A stretch of 63,876 nucleotides of DNA, the filler included, from Octopus bimaculoides (taxonomy: Eukaryota), in assembly GCF_001194135.2 (NCBI RefSeq). It is 5 parts of 4 records of this genome, joined end to end, with 100 filler letters (N's around TTAATTAATTAA, not from the genome) between each part and the next. Parts side by side here need not be neighbours in the genome. Positions count along the whole stretch, not along the records: positions 1 to 24,434 come from NC_068983.1; 4 more parts are not named here. One strand, written 5' to 3'. Position numbers and translations under genes: made by a program. Below are positions 1 to 12,618 of this stretch, in pieces. The notes under the pieces were generated by a model that saw only the letters and a list, made by a program, of their open reading frames with translations, was not told where the DNA came from and ran no database searches. Within the stretch, counting starts at the first letter, position 1. Every line of letters starts with the position of its first letter.

Positions 1-54
<54 letters not shown>

Positions 55-745
55 TAAATAGAGGTATTAATAACCGGTTATTTATCAATCGATTCAGCCA
101 CATATTGTATATGTGTTTGTATCTCTGTATATGTCTGGACACAAGAAATCATGTGAATATGTGTGGAGCACATCAATGATTAAATATACATATTAGCAAT
201 ATGAATTTTAAGGCAGTATATGATTTCAAAACATGATTTCTTTGAAGGAAATAGGCAAAGGTCACGATAATTACGTCCGGAGTGAAAGATCCGGATATAA
301 AGAAGTGGGGGTGTTGTTAATACTTACTGCCTCATTAATTGCAAACGGAATTGTGGTTATCATCACTCACGAAGGCAGACGCCTCTTCTGAATGGTTTCT
401 TGAAAATATAGTAAAACGGACATTCTACTAAAACCCCACAATTCAAAGTGACCAGAGGTAGTCATCTTCCATAAAAATTTGTTCAGTGTAGTTCATAAAC
501 TTTATTAAGTTCGGTTGCTGTGAGATATGGAGAATTCCAAACTTGTAATTTACACTATCAGCAACAGAGGTATGACATCGATTATAATAATGAGCTTGTT
601 TTTAAGTTTGTTCAAAATCACGCAATAAGGAAGTAGCAGTGTCAGTAAGAGTAAAAAAAAGAGGAGACAAAATGGTAATAACAATGAGAGAGGGAGTGAC
701 ATCAAACACTCTATTAATGAATGCTGCCTCTCTCTCTTTCTCTCA

Positions 746-778
<33 letters not shown>

Positions 779-781
779 CAG

Positions 782-828
<47 letters not shown>

Positions 829-1448
829 CTCTCTCTCTCTCTCTCTCACTCTATTTCTGTCTGTCTCTCTGTCTCTCCCTCCCTCTCTCTCTCAACAACA
901 TTTTCATTTTTATTCGATGAATGCTGATTTTTTTCTGGTAAACATTAATAACAATATATAAGATAAGTAAGCAAGATTTTTGCACCTCAAAATCATTTTC
1001 TCTGTATTTCGATAGACGCTTGTTCTGGAAGATTGTTTCTGCTTAAAAAGTTGCAAAGTTAATAGAATATAAGATAAGTAAATAATAGTAATTTTTAAGT
1101 CATAAAATTAAAAGATTGTCTATTGAAAGAAAGCTTGATAATATTGTCTGTTTAAAGAAAGCTAAATATAAAAGGAAGGTAATTATAGGTATTTACAAAT
1201 ACTTGCCCCTCCAGTGATGTTTGTAAATATTTATGAATGAAGAATTTCGACAAGGCGGTGAAGTTTGTCATCAAGATCTTTTCCCATTTCAGGCGGTACA
1301 GAGTGTGTGAGAAAGAGAGAGACAGAGACAGACAGACAGACAGAGATAAAGAACGTGTAGATAATAAGTCTCTGTATGTATGCCGTTAATGTAATCCTGT
1401 GTAATTTTGGATTTTGTATGGTTACGTTTAGAAATATAAACAAACTAA

Positions 1449-1511
<63 letters not shown>

Positions 1512-1563
1512 ATTTGTTTTGAAGCTTGTGTTCTGTTGCATTAAATATACTCATCCACCTACT

Positions 1564-1860
1564 ATGGAGAATGAATCAAACAGAAGGCGACACTTAGCCA
1601 GAGAGAGACAAAGGCGAAGAACAGCCAGTCTCACTCGGGAAGAACTGGACGCAAGAAGATTAAACAATACATCAAGGTTATTAGATCAATCACAAGAAGT
1701 GAGACAAGAGAGACGAGCGCAAGACGCAAGAAGACAGGCTCGAAGACGTCAAAATGAAACGGAGCACCTAATTGCACAAAGGAGAGATATCCAAAGAGAG
1801 AGAGCAGCACAAAAGGGCCAAGATGAAACAAGAGCAAGCAGGTCTTGTTCTCGAGTCAAT
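1564..1860 (+). mobile_element. R/E/Q-rich ORF fragment resembling the N-terminal coiled-coil repeats of Helitron RepHel proteins
   Basis: Translation MENESNRRRHLARERQRRR...QERRAQDARRQARRRQNETE. No Rep or helicase motifs follow. The assignment rests on resemblance from memory only. Confidence 0.5.
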
Positions 1861-2488
1861 ATAATAACAAAATTATGCATATGCGTATTTCTGTTAGTGA
1901 TTTTTTTATATGTTTAACTGTCGTATTCTTTTTGTCTTAGTCATTATAACATATATAATAATAAAAAGGAAACTCTGTCTGTCCATCTGGGACCCAGATA
2001 CCTCAGTCTATATTCGCTTTATATAGACATATTATACTTTTTTGAAATTTACAGACATACCTTTTTAAAATCAGGATGATCTCGGGATTAAAAATCATTT
2101 GGTTCTTAAACATTCAGCATTGGGATCTGATTTAAAGGCATTTGGATTGCTATTTCTAGCAGGTAAAGCTTGGCTGATTCACGCCATCTTGGTCGGCGTT
2201 TGTCAGATGACGTCAAAGATCAAGGGGGAGATAAATGATATTCGATTCGTTAATTTTACGTCGAGATAAAAACTTTGGGACAAATTTGCCATCAGTTGGA
2301 ATTCAACTTGGTACTGGAACACTAGAATGATTGCATCACAGAATTAATTCTCATCCGTCCTTAACCTCCAATCAAATACAACCGGGGTATACAGTCATTA
2401 TAGACGTGTTATAATCATGCTATTTAGCTCTCCCTAGTTTTCGGCCGCAGGCCTAATTAACCCTCCGCAGGAGTTAGCTTAACAGTCC

Positions 2489-2526
<38 letters not shown>

Positions 2527-2527
<1 letters not shown>

Positions 2528-2657
2528 GAGTTCAAATTCCGCCGAGGTCGACTTTACCTTTGATCCTTTCGGGGTCGATAAATTAAGTACCAGTTGAATC
2601 GATGTAATCGACTATCCCCTCCCCTCAATTTCAGGCCTGGTGCCTATAGTAGAAAGG

Positions 2658-2734
<77 letters not shown>

Positions 2735-2743
2735 TACTACTAC

Positions 2744-2786
<43 letters not shown>
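2527..2786 (+). mobile_element. SINE family A (tRNA-like head, cctttcatcctttcggggtcgataaa..aagtaccag core resembling the Meta domain), 5'-truncated, long (ATT)n tail
   Basis: B-box gagttcaaattcc, the core shared with more than 10 other copies in the window, and an (ATT)n/(ACT)n tail at about 2657-2786. Confidence 0.85.
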
Positions 2787-3141
2787 GGGAAAGAACAGTG
2801 GCCGAGTCGAGTTTTAGGGTCTCTTTGGAAATCATGGAGTTATCCACCAACCGGAGACCTGACCCGAATACTTACAACATAGTAGGCTCTGCTTAAGTGT
2901 GAAGTAGTGGTCTTAAAGTAGGCAACAGATTAAGTCAACAGATTTGGAGTGACAAAAAGAAAGCTTTGAGAGGAAAAAAAAAAAAAAAAACAGATCGAAA
3001 TTTGTCTTGGGCAGAAATATTTCCGAATGCAACATAAATGAACAGAGATGGCTTCGACCATCTTCGAATTTAGGTCATGAACTCGGCATGCCAGAATATG
3101 TCGACAGCAATGATATACCAATTACATAGCAGACGGCTATA

Positions 3142-3521
3142 TTGTTTCAGTCATTAGACTATGGCCATGCTGGACATCGCATTGAAGAATATTTTAGTCG
3201 AATGAATCAATCCCAGTCCTTTTTTTAAAGCCTGGTATATATTCTATCGATCACTTTTTCCGAACCGCTAAATTACGGGGACATAAACACACCAATACCG
3301 ATTGTCAAGCGGTGGTGGGGGACAAACACAGACACAAAGGCACAGGCACACACACACACACATATACACGACGGGCTTCTTTTAGTTTCTGTCTACCAAA
3401 TCCACTCACAAGGCTTTGGTGGGCCAGAGGTTATAGTAGTACCACAGCCCAAGGTATCACGCGGTAGGACTAAACCCGGAACCATGTGGTTGTGAAGCAA
3501 GCTTCTTACCACGCAGCCACG
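3142..3521 (-). mobile_element. SINE family B (tRNA-headed composite SINE with internal (CA)n), near full length
   Basis: The minus strand reads gtggctgcgtggtaagaagcttgcttcacaaccacatggttccgggtttagtcc (A/B boxes). Homologous to copies at 15056, 40320, 48380 and 62210. Confidence 0.85.
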
Positions 3522-3844
3522 ATGTTCATGATTTCTCGAAGTAATATTACGAAGATGGATGAAACTTTTTCTTCAGTTTCCAGTTACCAACCGCTGTAAA
3601 AAGCTATCTTGCAGAATCTTTATACAGATGGACAAAAAGCCTTGCAGTAGTTTTTCTGGCTCTTTTCGTTGAGTTCAAATACCACCGAAATTAATTATGC
3701 CTTTCATCTTTCCGAGATCGATAAAATAAAAAACAAAAATTTACTCATCAAGTTCTGGAACTGATTCAAATTGAATAAACCCTCTTCCCAAATGTATGGC
3801 TTAGTGCCAGTGTTAGAAGTTTTATCACTCCAATGATCAAGCAT

Positions 3845-4077
3845 ATGTTTTGAAAAACTACTGCTGTTGCTGCTGTAACTGTCGGACTACTGTTTGTGTA
3901 TCAAGTATATGGGTTATTGATGAAAAAAACGGTAACTATATTTAAACGACTAGACTGGTTCTTGAACTAACAACCACAATATTGGAGAAGAATTGACATA
4001 GTCAGCAATTTTACCTCACAAACCCACAAAACCCTACAGTAACAATAGCAACCACAACAGCAGTTTTCTGAACACAT
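3845..4077. mobile_element. Putative MITE with about 35-40 bp imperfect terminal inverted repeats
   Basis: atgttttgaaaaactactgctgttgctgctgtaact (3845-3880) is a gapped inverted match to agtaacaatagcaaccacaacagcagttttctgaacacat (4038-4077). No TSD was identified. Confidence 0.45.
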
Positions 4078-4609
4078 CTTTATGACGTATGATGACTGGA
4101 AACTGAAGAAAACATTTCATCTCCTTCAACAGAACTTATTCACTGAACAAATAAAACGAATAAGACACAAGAAAATGTCGAGAGATTTTGTATTTATAAA
4201 ATGCTACGATTAGTGAGAATTAAAACCTCAAAATCATTGATTTTGTTTTGTTTTAAACCGTTACCATAACTTTATGAAAGTAACAATTATTTTTATTAGT
4301 TTTTTTTTTTCAGTAAGTTATGCAGATCTTTACATGTCCTTCTAAACTGGTGAGACTTATACTTAACCTGAAACATCTGTCAATGCCTGCACTGACAGAT
4401 GTTTAAGACTTTGAAATATGTAAACAAGAAGGGGACAGATGGCTATTTTCAAAATTTGCAATCAAATAAACTGCGATAAAGGCACCCCAGGGCCAGGTGG
4501 TTGATATTAAACTGAGCAGTGTATAAAGTGTAATACCCTTATAATTATAGGTAATTAAGACAGCAAGAATTAACTTTCAATGATTCAACAACCTCTGTGG
4601 TCTAGAATT

Positions 4610-4846
4610 TAGTGTTCTTCAACCATTTTTTAGCTATGGACCCCTTTGATTCCTATTTTACTCGGATGAGCCCTATTATCCATTTGATGATTTAAAAAAT
4701 CGAATTATATTTCTATAATTAAATATCAATAGGAATTGTATATAAAAAAAATTGTTAAAATATTTTGTGCATTGTAGAAGTATAATCGATTTATTGCAGA
4801 ATAAATTTCGACAAAATCTTATATGGACCCCGGTGGAGAAACACTA
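4610..4846. mobile_element. hAT-type MITE
   Basis: TIRs tagtgttcttcaacc / ggtggagaaacacta resemble the hAT CAGTGGTTCTCAACC type. atggacccc occurs near both ends. The 8-bp TSD is not preserved. Confidence 0.6.
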
Positions 4847-5559
4847 GTCCATATAAATGTTATTTCTATTAATGAAAATATTAGATTTATATTGATTTTT
4901 TATTGCTTTTCTTTTTCGAATTCTTTCCCTACAATCATATGTGCGACTTACATTCATTGTGGCAATCATATGTGCTAACTTACATTCATTTAGTTTTCAA
5001 ACTTTGAGTTTTGATTCACATAGCTAATGACGCATTTTGCGAAAAACAAGCAGTTACACTTCTTCTTTGTCATCGTACTTATGACCTTGAACAAGATGAC
5101 ATTTTAGCCTCGCGAGTGACAAGGAAGTAGTAACTGAATAGCTTTTGACGACTCTCGAGTATGAAGATGTTTCAAGCAGAGTTAGAGTTAGGAGAATATT
5201 CAATGAGAAAACTTAGAAGTTCAAGAGAATGAAGTGAGTATTCTTAACTCTCTCATGCACTTTCCATTTTCTTCCTTCATACATTTAAGAAATAACAGCA
5301 ATGAAATCTACGACCAGGTACTCGCCATAATTTTTATATACTGATAGTAGGACTGATATCAGTAATAAACAGAGTTGTAAGCAATTGAATGTATCTTTTC
5401 TTGTCTATCGATCATGTAAGTCGGAAATCTATCGGGAATGAGTGTGGGTAGTATACCTGGCATGAAGCATTTATTAATTTGACCTGGAAACTAGACGGAA
5501 GCAGTTGCTCTATTTAGGAGGAGCCAAGATTTTAGGTTCCACTAATTTTTCATGAACGA

Positions 5560-5765
5560 CAATTTATCATCATCGTCGTCGTCGTTTAACGTCCGTTTTC
5601 CATGCTGACATGGGTTGGATGATTCGAAAGGAACCAACAAGCCAAAAGAGTGTGATGAGATCGAGTGTCTGCGTTGGTATAGTTTTTGCCGCTGAATGCC
5701 CTTCCTAACATCAACCAATTCAAAGAGTGTATCGGATGCTGTTTTCGTAGCACCAGTACTAGTGT
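5560..5765 (-). mobile_element. Degenerate SINE/LINE 3' tail with (ATC/GTC)n end
   Basis: tttaacgtccgttttccatgctgacatgggttgga...gaatgcccttcctaacatcaacc next to a triplet tail. Recognised by resemblance only. Confidence 0.5.
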
Positions 5766-6967
5766 GATCATCAAGTAACTCGCAAGACAAGACCCATCAA
5801 CTGATCGACTGAGTGGAAATGTAATATTGAGGGAAGTGAAAGTATACTAGAAGGACAGGAACAAGTATTTTCTTGAAAGAAAGAAGTGGTGAGGACATAT
5901 TTTCAAGATACAAGGTAAATATATTTTTACTGGTCTGCCTTAATTTCCATGTATTAATTAATTTGGTACATGTATTAATTAAGTGAAGTACTAGATAGCA
6001 CTTGGTAGCGATAAATAAGAGATGTAAGGGAGACTTACTGAGATGGATTTAGTAAACACACTTTTAGCCACATTATGGAAAATAGATCATGTGGTTAAAC
6101 CACATGTCTGTTTTGGTTGTTTGTTTCTTTTCTTTCCTTGTAATAAGAAAAGGAAGATCGTCCCGAATTGTTACGCCGTTTTTGTTGTTTTATTAGAGAT
6201 CGGTTTCTGTAGTAGAAAAACCGCTCACCATTCTCTGATGAATGAATCATGAGAGAGAGAGAGAGAGTGAGAGAGGGGGGAGGGCAAGGGGGGGNNNNNN
6301 NNNNNNNNNNNNNGGGGGGGGGGGTAAACGTTGTCACTAGTTAGGCTTATTACCTATTATTAGTTTTCTTGTCTCACAGAGGAAAAAGAAATGTGTTTCA
6401 ATCACAATATCTACATGGTAAAATGAGGCTAAAATTACACGTTTACTACATATACGCATAAAGTTACCATACATTTCTACATACTATAAGGCATTGCATA
6501 TCATGGTGCAGTGAAGTTAATCTCCTTCATAACATTATTCCACGATATTACTTCAGCTTCTCTCAGTACAAGCATTGCATTTGTTTCTAACTTTTTCTCA
6601 CTAGTCGTACATAACATAAACAAACTGGCACAGTCTTGACCTTACATTTCTCCCTTCGTGAGTTCAACAAGCCAACCTTTACCCCAGATATTACGCAGTA
6701 ACGTAGATAATATATACGTATATCTCGCTCTCGGTGTTATCAACTAATGTTACAACAGCCATATTACAGTGAAGCTTATCCACCATATACCATTCAAATG
6801 TCTAGTATACCTAATTTCTTCTATTTCTCTAAATAATTTTTATTTTATCTTATATAGTATGATGAACTTAAGTGTACGTTTCCTATCACCATGTGTTCTT
6901 TTTCATTTGCCCAAACAGCACCGAAACTTAAATGCCTCCTTCCCAGTCAATAATTCTCACCCTACGT

Positions 6968-7026
6968 ATGGGTATATACTTTTTTTTTAATGGGTATATA
7001 CTTTTTTTTAATGGGTATATACTTTT
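6968..7026. repeat. Tandem 21-22 bp repeat, about 3 copies
   Basis: atgggtatatacttttt(tttt)a repeated three times. Confidence 0.9.
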
Positions 7027-7241
7027 TCATTAACCTACATTCATCTACACATGTTTAATAAATATTTTAACGTATACCTCCTCATATACCCTGTAACCAT
7101 TTCAGTATTTTCATTTTAAAACCGTTCTCAGCTACCTATGCAATGAGATTTTTAGCTGAACACACACACACACACAAATATACATACATACATACATACA
7201 CATATATGAATATATATATATATGTGTATACACACACACAC

Positions 7242-7300
<59 letters not shown>

Positions 7301-8219
7301 NNNNNNNNNNNNNNNNNNNNNNNNNNNNNNNNNNNNNNNNNNNNNNNNNNNNNNNNNNNNNNNNNNNNNNNNNNNNNNNNNNNNNNNNNNNNNNNNNNNN
7401 NNNNNNNNNNNNNNNNNNNNNNNNNNNNNNNNNNNNNNNNNNNNNNNNNNNNNNNNNNNNNNNNNNNNNNNNNNNNNNNNNNNNNNNNNNNNNNNNNNNN
7501 NNNNNNNNNNNNNNNNNNNNNNNNNNNNNNNNNNNNNNNNNNNNNNNNNNNNNNNNNNNNNNNNNNNNNNNNNNNNNNNNNNNNNNNNNNNNNNNNNNNN
7601 NNNNNNNNNNNNNNNNNNNNNNNNNNNNNNNNNNNNNNNNNNNNNNNNNNNNNNNNNNNNNNNNNNNNNNNNNNNNNNNNNNNNNNNNNNNNNNNNNNNN
7701 NNNNNNNNNNNNNNNNNNNNNNNNNNNNNNNNNNNNNNNNNNNNNNNNNNNNNNNNNNNNNNNNNNNNNNNNNNNNNNNNNNNNNNNNNNNNNNNNNNNN
7801 NNNNNNNNNNNNNNNNNNNNNNNNNNNNNNNNNNNNNNNNNNNNNNNNNNNNNNNNNNNNNNNNNNNNNNNNNNNNNNNNNNNNNNNNNNNNNNNNNNNN
7901 NNNNNNNNNNNNNNNNNNNNNNNNNNNNNNNNNNNNNNNNNNNNNNNNNNNNNNNNNNNNNNNNNNNNNNNNNNNNNNNNNNNNNNNNNNNNNNNNNNNN
8001 NNNNNNNNNNNNNNNNNNNNNNNNNNNNNNNNNNNNNNNNNNNNNNNNNNNNNNNNNNNNNNNNNNNNNNNNNNNNNNNNNNNNNNNNNNNNNNNNNNNN
8101 NNNNNNNNNNNNNNNNNNNNNNNNNNNNNNNNNNNNNNNNNNNNNNNNNNNNNNNNNNNNNNNNNNNNNNNNNNNNNNNNNNNNNNNNNNNNNNNNNNNN
8201 NNNNNNNNNNNNNNNNNNN

Positions 8220-8287
<68 letters not shown>

Positions 8288-8596
8288 GTGCGCGCAACTA
8301 TGTATGTATATACGCACACACATCTGAGCCAATGTTCAAGGAGAAAGAAATATAAGAAAGTAACCCTGTACAGGTAGGTGTAGAACAATATTTTTAACAG
8401 ATTTATTAGGCCACGGCAAAGGAACTGTGCATTCACTCGCATTTAAATATCTAATTAGTATCGTTTGATATCCTTTTGAGCAAAGGCTAACTGAAATAGA
8501 GGTAAGTGCAAAGACATGAAATTATAGCACACTGAATCACTCCTGTAGTAATTTTCAGCTACTAAAAGATTACATATACTCTGTATTACAAATTGG

Positions 8597-8793
8597 TTTT
8601 AGATTTTGGCACAAGGCAAGGAGGTAAGTCGATTACATCGCCTCCAGGGGTCAAACGGTACTTATTTTATCGACCTCGAGAGGATGAAAGAAAAAGTCAA
8701 CCTCGGCGGAATTTGAACATAGAACGTAAAGATGGACGAAATGGCGCTAAGCACTTTGCCCGGCGTGCTAACGATTCTACCTGCTCGCCGTCT
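8597..8793 (-). mobile_element. SINE family A
   Basis: Reverse complement of the family A head and core (cctcggcggaatttgaac...gcactttgcccggcgtgctaacgattct). Confidence 0.85.
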
Positions 8794-8858
8794 TATGCCT
8801 CATATTACATATTGAACTCTGTTTCTCCCAATTGTAAAACCAAACTTTCATGTATGTA

Positions 8859-9062
8859 CGAGGGGGTGCTGAAAAGTTCCTGACTTTAAGAGTGTCGCGA
8901 AAGGTCTGGTTGCCCAAACTTCCATGTTCTTTTACAGGTCTTAGAAAAAAATGAAAGATCGTTGCAATAAGTGTGCGAATTTGAGAGGGGAATATGTTGA
9001 ATAAAATCATAACTAACTGATCCTCCTGTATTTTTTTTATCCAAAGCAAGGAACTTTTCACA
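8859..9062 (+). mobile_element. Mariner-derived MITE retaining the transposase C-terminus
   Basis: TA followed by cgagggggtgctgaaaagttcctg; partial right TIR caaggaacttttca; internal gatcgttgcaataagtgtgcgaatttgagaggggaatatgttgaataa encodes DRCNKCANLRGEYVE*, typical of a mariner C-terminus. Confidence 0.75.
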
Positions 9063-9063
9063 A

Positions 9064-9096
<33 letters not shown>

Positions 9097-9481
9097 GGAG
9101 AAAGAGAGTGCGCGCGCGCGTTTACGTATATGTCTGTGCTCACTGCTGCTACTACCACTTAAGGGCATGCCGTAGGCCCACTTCCTTTGTTTACGACCAA
9201 CCCCTCTACTTTCCTTGTCCACACCACAACCAACGTTTGTCATTATTTGAATGGACCGATGATTTGGGGGTTATTTAATTTTGATGATAGACTTTTGTGC
9301 CTGAAACATAATAAAGTTATTAAATCTATTTCTGTTTCTGCACTGTAAGAAGTTCTTCGTCTATACCCAATTTACTTCTTTATCACAATGCTTCAAGCAA
9401 GCTACAACGTTCTTACAGAAAAACATACATATACGTGCACGCACGAGAGAGAGGCGGGGGAGAGAGAAGGGGAGAGAGAGA

Positions 9482-9556
<75 letters not shown>

Positions 9557-9640
9557 TGCACGCGCACGTGTATACCGCAACAAAACATCCATAAAGTAGA
9601 AGCTCCTAAACAAGTATTACCCTTGGAAGAATTAAAATCT

Positions 9641-9677
<37 letters not shown>

Positions 9678-9753
9678 TTCATGCAACCGTGTATGTATAT
9701 GTAGGTGTATATGTACATACATATATATTTATATGCATACATACATACATACA

Positions 9754-9786
<33 letters not shown>

Positions 9787-11352
9787 CACGTATATATCAG
9801 TCGCGTAGACAAGCTGTTACGAATGTTTATCAGAAGAACAATTATAAAGTAGTTAATAACTTTGCTTTCGTACGAAGATATTCACAAACAATTTTCCAAA
9901 ACCAACTAGAACAAGAGATACTTATCTGCGTGTAAACACATAAGTGCATCCTTAAATGCAATAAATACATTCACATACGCATACATGCTGAAGCACGCGC
10001 GCACTGCTGAGCAAGATGACGTAAACCCGTACGTGGAAACAAAACTAATTTTGTTTTCGGGTCATAGAACTGATTCCATTATAAGTTGTTCAATCTCAGT
10101 CACATCTGGAAGATATCAAACCATAACTTTCGCTACATGTAAAGTGCATCTATTTTTTCTATAATTAGAATAGATCTTGCGGACTAAGATCAATGATAAT
10201 TCCATTCACATTATATATGAAAGCATTGTTCCGATATTAAATCTGCCTCACGGCTTGAATGGTACTTTATTTTATTAAAGCTGGAAAAGAATGAAAGGCA
10301 GAGTTGACATCAGCGTGACTTGAACTCGTAGATTAAAGGGCTGTAATTAAAATCTGCAGTCATTTGTCCGACTCTAATAATTCTGCCAACGAAATTGAAA
10401 CAAAAGAAGGTGTAATGTTTTCCGTCTAACGTCAGAATAACGAGAAACACTAAGAGACTGACTGCCAAAGGCAAAGGAAAACAGTCGTCTCCCGAAGTTA
10501 TTAAAATGCTGCAGTTAAGAATCTGTATTCAATGTCTCATTAACATTCATGAAGTTCATTTGGGAGAAGAACCAACATTTTATGTAAATCTCAGAAATGT
10601 TGTCAGTGTGAATCAAGTTAGAGCAAACGAAATAACTTCAGCTTTCCCCTTCTGAGTAATATTAGTGGTCTCCCCCTCCCCCTAATTCATTATTATCAAC
10701 CTCATTCTTGTCAACGTCACCCTCAAATTCGACATCATAAGCATTATTTCGTTAACTCCAGTCTCGATTACGTTGTCCTCTGTCCCCATTTCGGCATCGT
10801 CAACTTAAAGGTCGTCACGGTAGAATGGAGCGAATTTGTTTTAAGAACAGACATTGACATCGGTGATTACTTGTCACAGAACTGTAAAAGAATGTAAACA
10901 TTAAAAAGTTTTGCAAACGATTACAAGTTTTATATAATATAATGTTGCTCTGCACATTACCATAAATATATTAGACATACAATTAGTACATTAGATATAA
11001 ACTACATACTATATTGTATGCATGTATAGCATAACAAAGACAACAATAACATCAGTTTAGCTTGGGAGACATAATTTCCATTTCTTAACTCTCTTGACAT
11101 ATTCTTAAAATATTCAGCGCAATCATGTTCAGTAATCAAAGTCAACGCAGTGTCGATCAATGTGTTCACGTGTGCAAATAAAAAGTTAAACTGAGGAGAG
11201 AAAATGCAGGGAAGATGGACTCTGTTATTCATGAGTCTATATTATTTTCATAAATTTTGCAGAAAATGTGAAATAGACAGCAATAACATAGAAGCGTATA
11301 TCTATTTTAATATAAATATGAGCATATACATACATACAAACATACATACATA

Positions 11353-12618
11353 GGGGAGACCGGGTCTAGTTGTTACAAGCCCATTGTTTCGAACTTCAAA
11401 AAATAGGTGGCACTCGGGTCTCTACTTCGTGAAGGCCAACTCCATAGCATCATGTCTGCACATGTGTATTGCACTGGCGGGCTGTCACCAGGAAAGGTAT
11501 GGCTCAAAAAAAGGATTTTTTACTCCATAAGTGAAATTTTGCCACAAAGTCATTTTTTTAACTTCTAAAGCACAACTGGTGTTACTGAAGTAGTTTGTGA
11601 CTCATTAGAAAGTAGTGGAAGTTGCCTTCGATACATGAAGGTGTGTCCTGGATGCCATGCAGTACTAGTGCTGTGTACGAGGTAATCCCCAGAAATTCAT
11701 GGTCGGGGCTAATTGTTACAGTATATCAACTTACCCCAGGCATGTAACAACTTACCCCTTCTGTTTCAGTTTAACACACCAAGCCTAGAAATTACAAAAG
11801 GAAGACTACAAGGGGGGATACCCCTCCTGATGTCATAGAAAGATAGAGGAAAAGATATCATTACGGGATGTTGCCGTAAAACAGCGCATAGTAGATGAAA
11901 TGAATGAACGGAAATCGAAGCCAAAGAAGGCAACTGGTACAGAAAAGGCAACAAAGGGGAAGGGAAAGTCAACTAAAACAGGTAAAGGCAAAGGGGAGCA
12001 GCCTCGCAGCAAGCAAGTCACCGATTGGAAATGCCTTGTCTGCTCAGATTGTTATTCCAACTCCCTTCCAGGTGAAGAATGGGTGCAATGCACGATCTGT
12101 AAAGACAGGGCACACACTGACTCTACCGATGGACGACAGGACTTTCTGTGTGATCTGTGTGGTGAGAAGTTAATGGAGGACGATTCCGACTAGATGGCAC
12201 AAGTAACAATGGGGAAATTGACTGATGAGGACTCTCAGTATCACAGTTAGGATATGAGGTGGTTCAAAGCACAGTTAATTAATTAAAATAATACTTTCAA
12301 GATGCAAGAAGCAGGAGATGTATTCATTTCAAACTTGTTTGTTAACATAATGCCGAGTTATCGACAGTTGTAACAAAGTACCCCAGTAACTGTCACAACG
12401 AACCCCGCACTCGGAGAAAATTGTTACAGCTGACACCACCTCATTAAGTAGAACCTGTCTAATTAATGTTATGTAATTTCCTGTTTTTTTTGTTGGTGAT
12501 AACAATAAATAGAGATGTTTTACTAATTAAAACTGAAAAGAAACTTCAGCTGTGTTCATTTATGTGGGTGCCAAGGCAAAAAAATGAAAAAAACGTAACA
12601 ACTAGACCCGGTCTCCCC
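11353..12618 (+). mobile_element. pogo-like (IS630-Tc1-mariner superfamily) non-autonomous element, internally deleted
   Basis: Perfect 24-bp TIRs ggggagaccgggtctagttgttac (11353-11376 and 12595-12618) with TA on both sides, inside a (TACA)n tract. N-terminal remnant PRNYKRKTTRGDTPPDVIE starts at 11784, and a C-terminal PHD-like ORF follows. Confidence 0.9.
11900..12193 (+). pseudogene. Transposase C-terminal fragment: basic tract plus PHD-like zinc finger
   Basis: WKCLVC...EEWVQCTICKDRAHTDS...FLCDLC follows the C4HC3 pattern, with one expected Cys replaced by Ser. Confidence 0.75.

Noticed and set aside
2594-2896. Poly-Y/I/L/V/T homopolymer ORFs (also 55212-56421)
   Set aside because: They are translations of triplet microsatellites and SINE tails, with no domain content.
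7132-8442. Long ORFs in the track (also 33691-34427, 35674-36436, 37168-38063, 49733-53002, 61009-61850)
   Set aside because: They are open only because they run through N gaps and (CA)n/(TA)n repeats.
10416-10655. About 80-codon open frame (ITRNTKRLTAKGKGKQ...SAFPF)
   Set aside because: No recognisable motif or donor site; frames of this length are expected by chance in a window this size.
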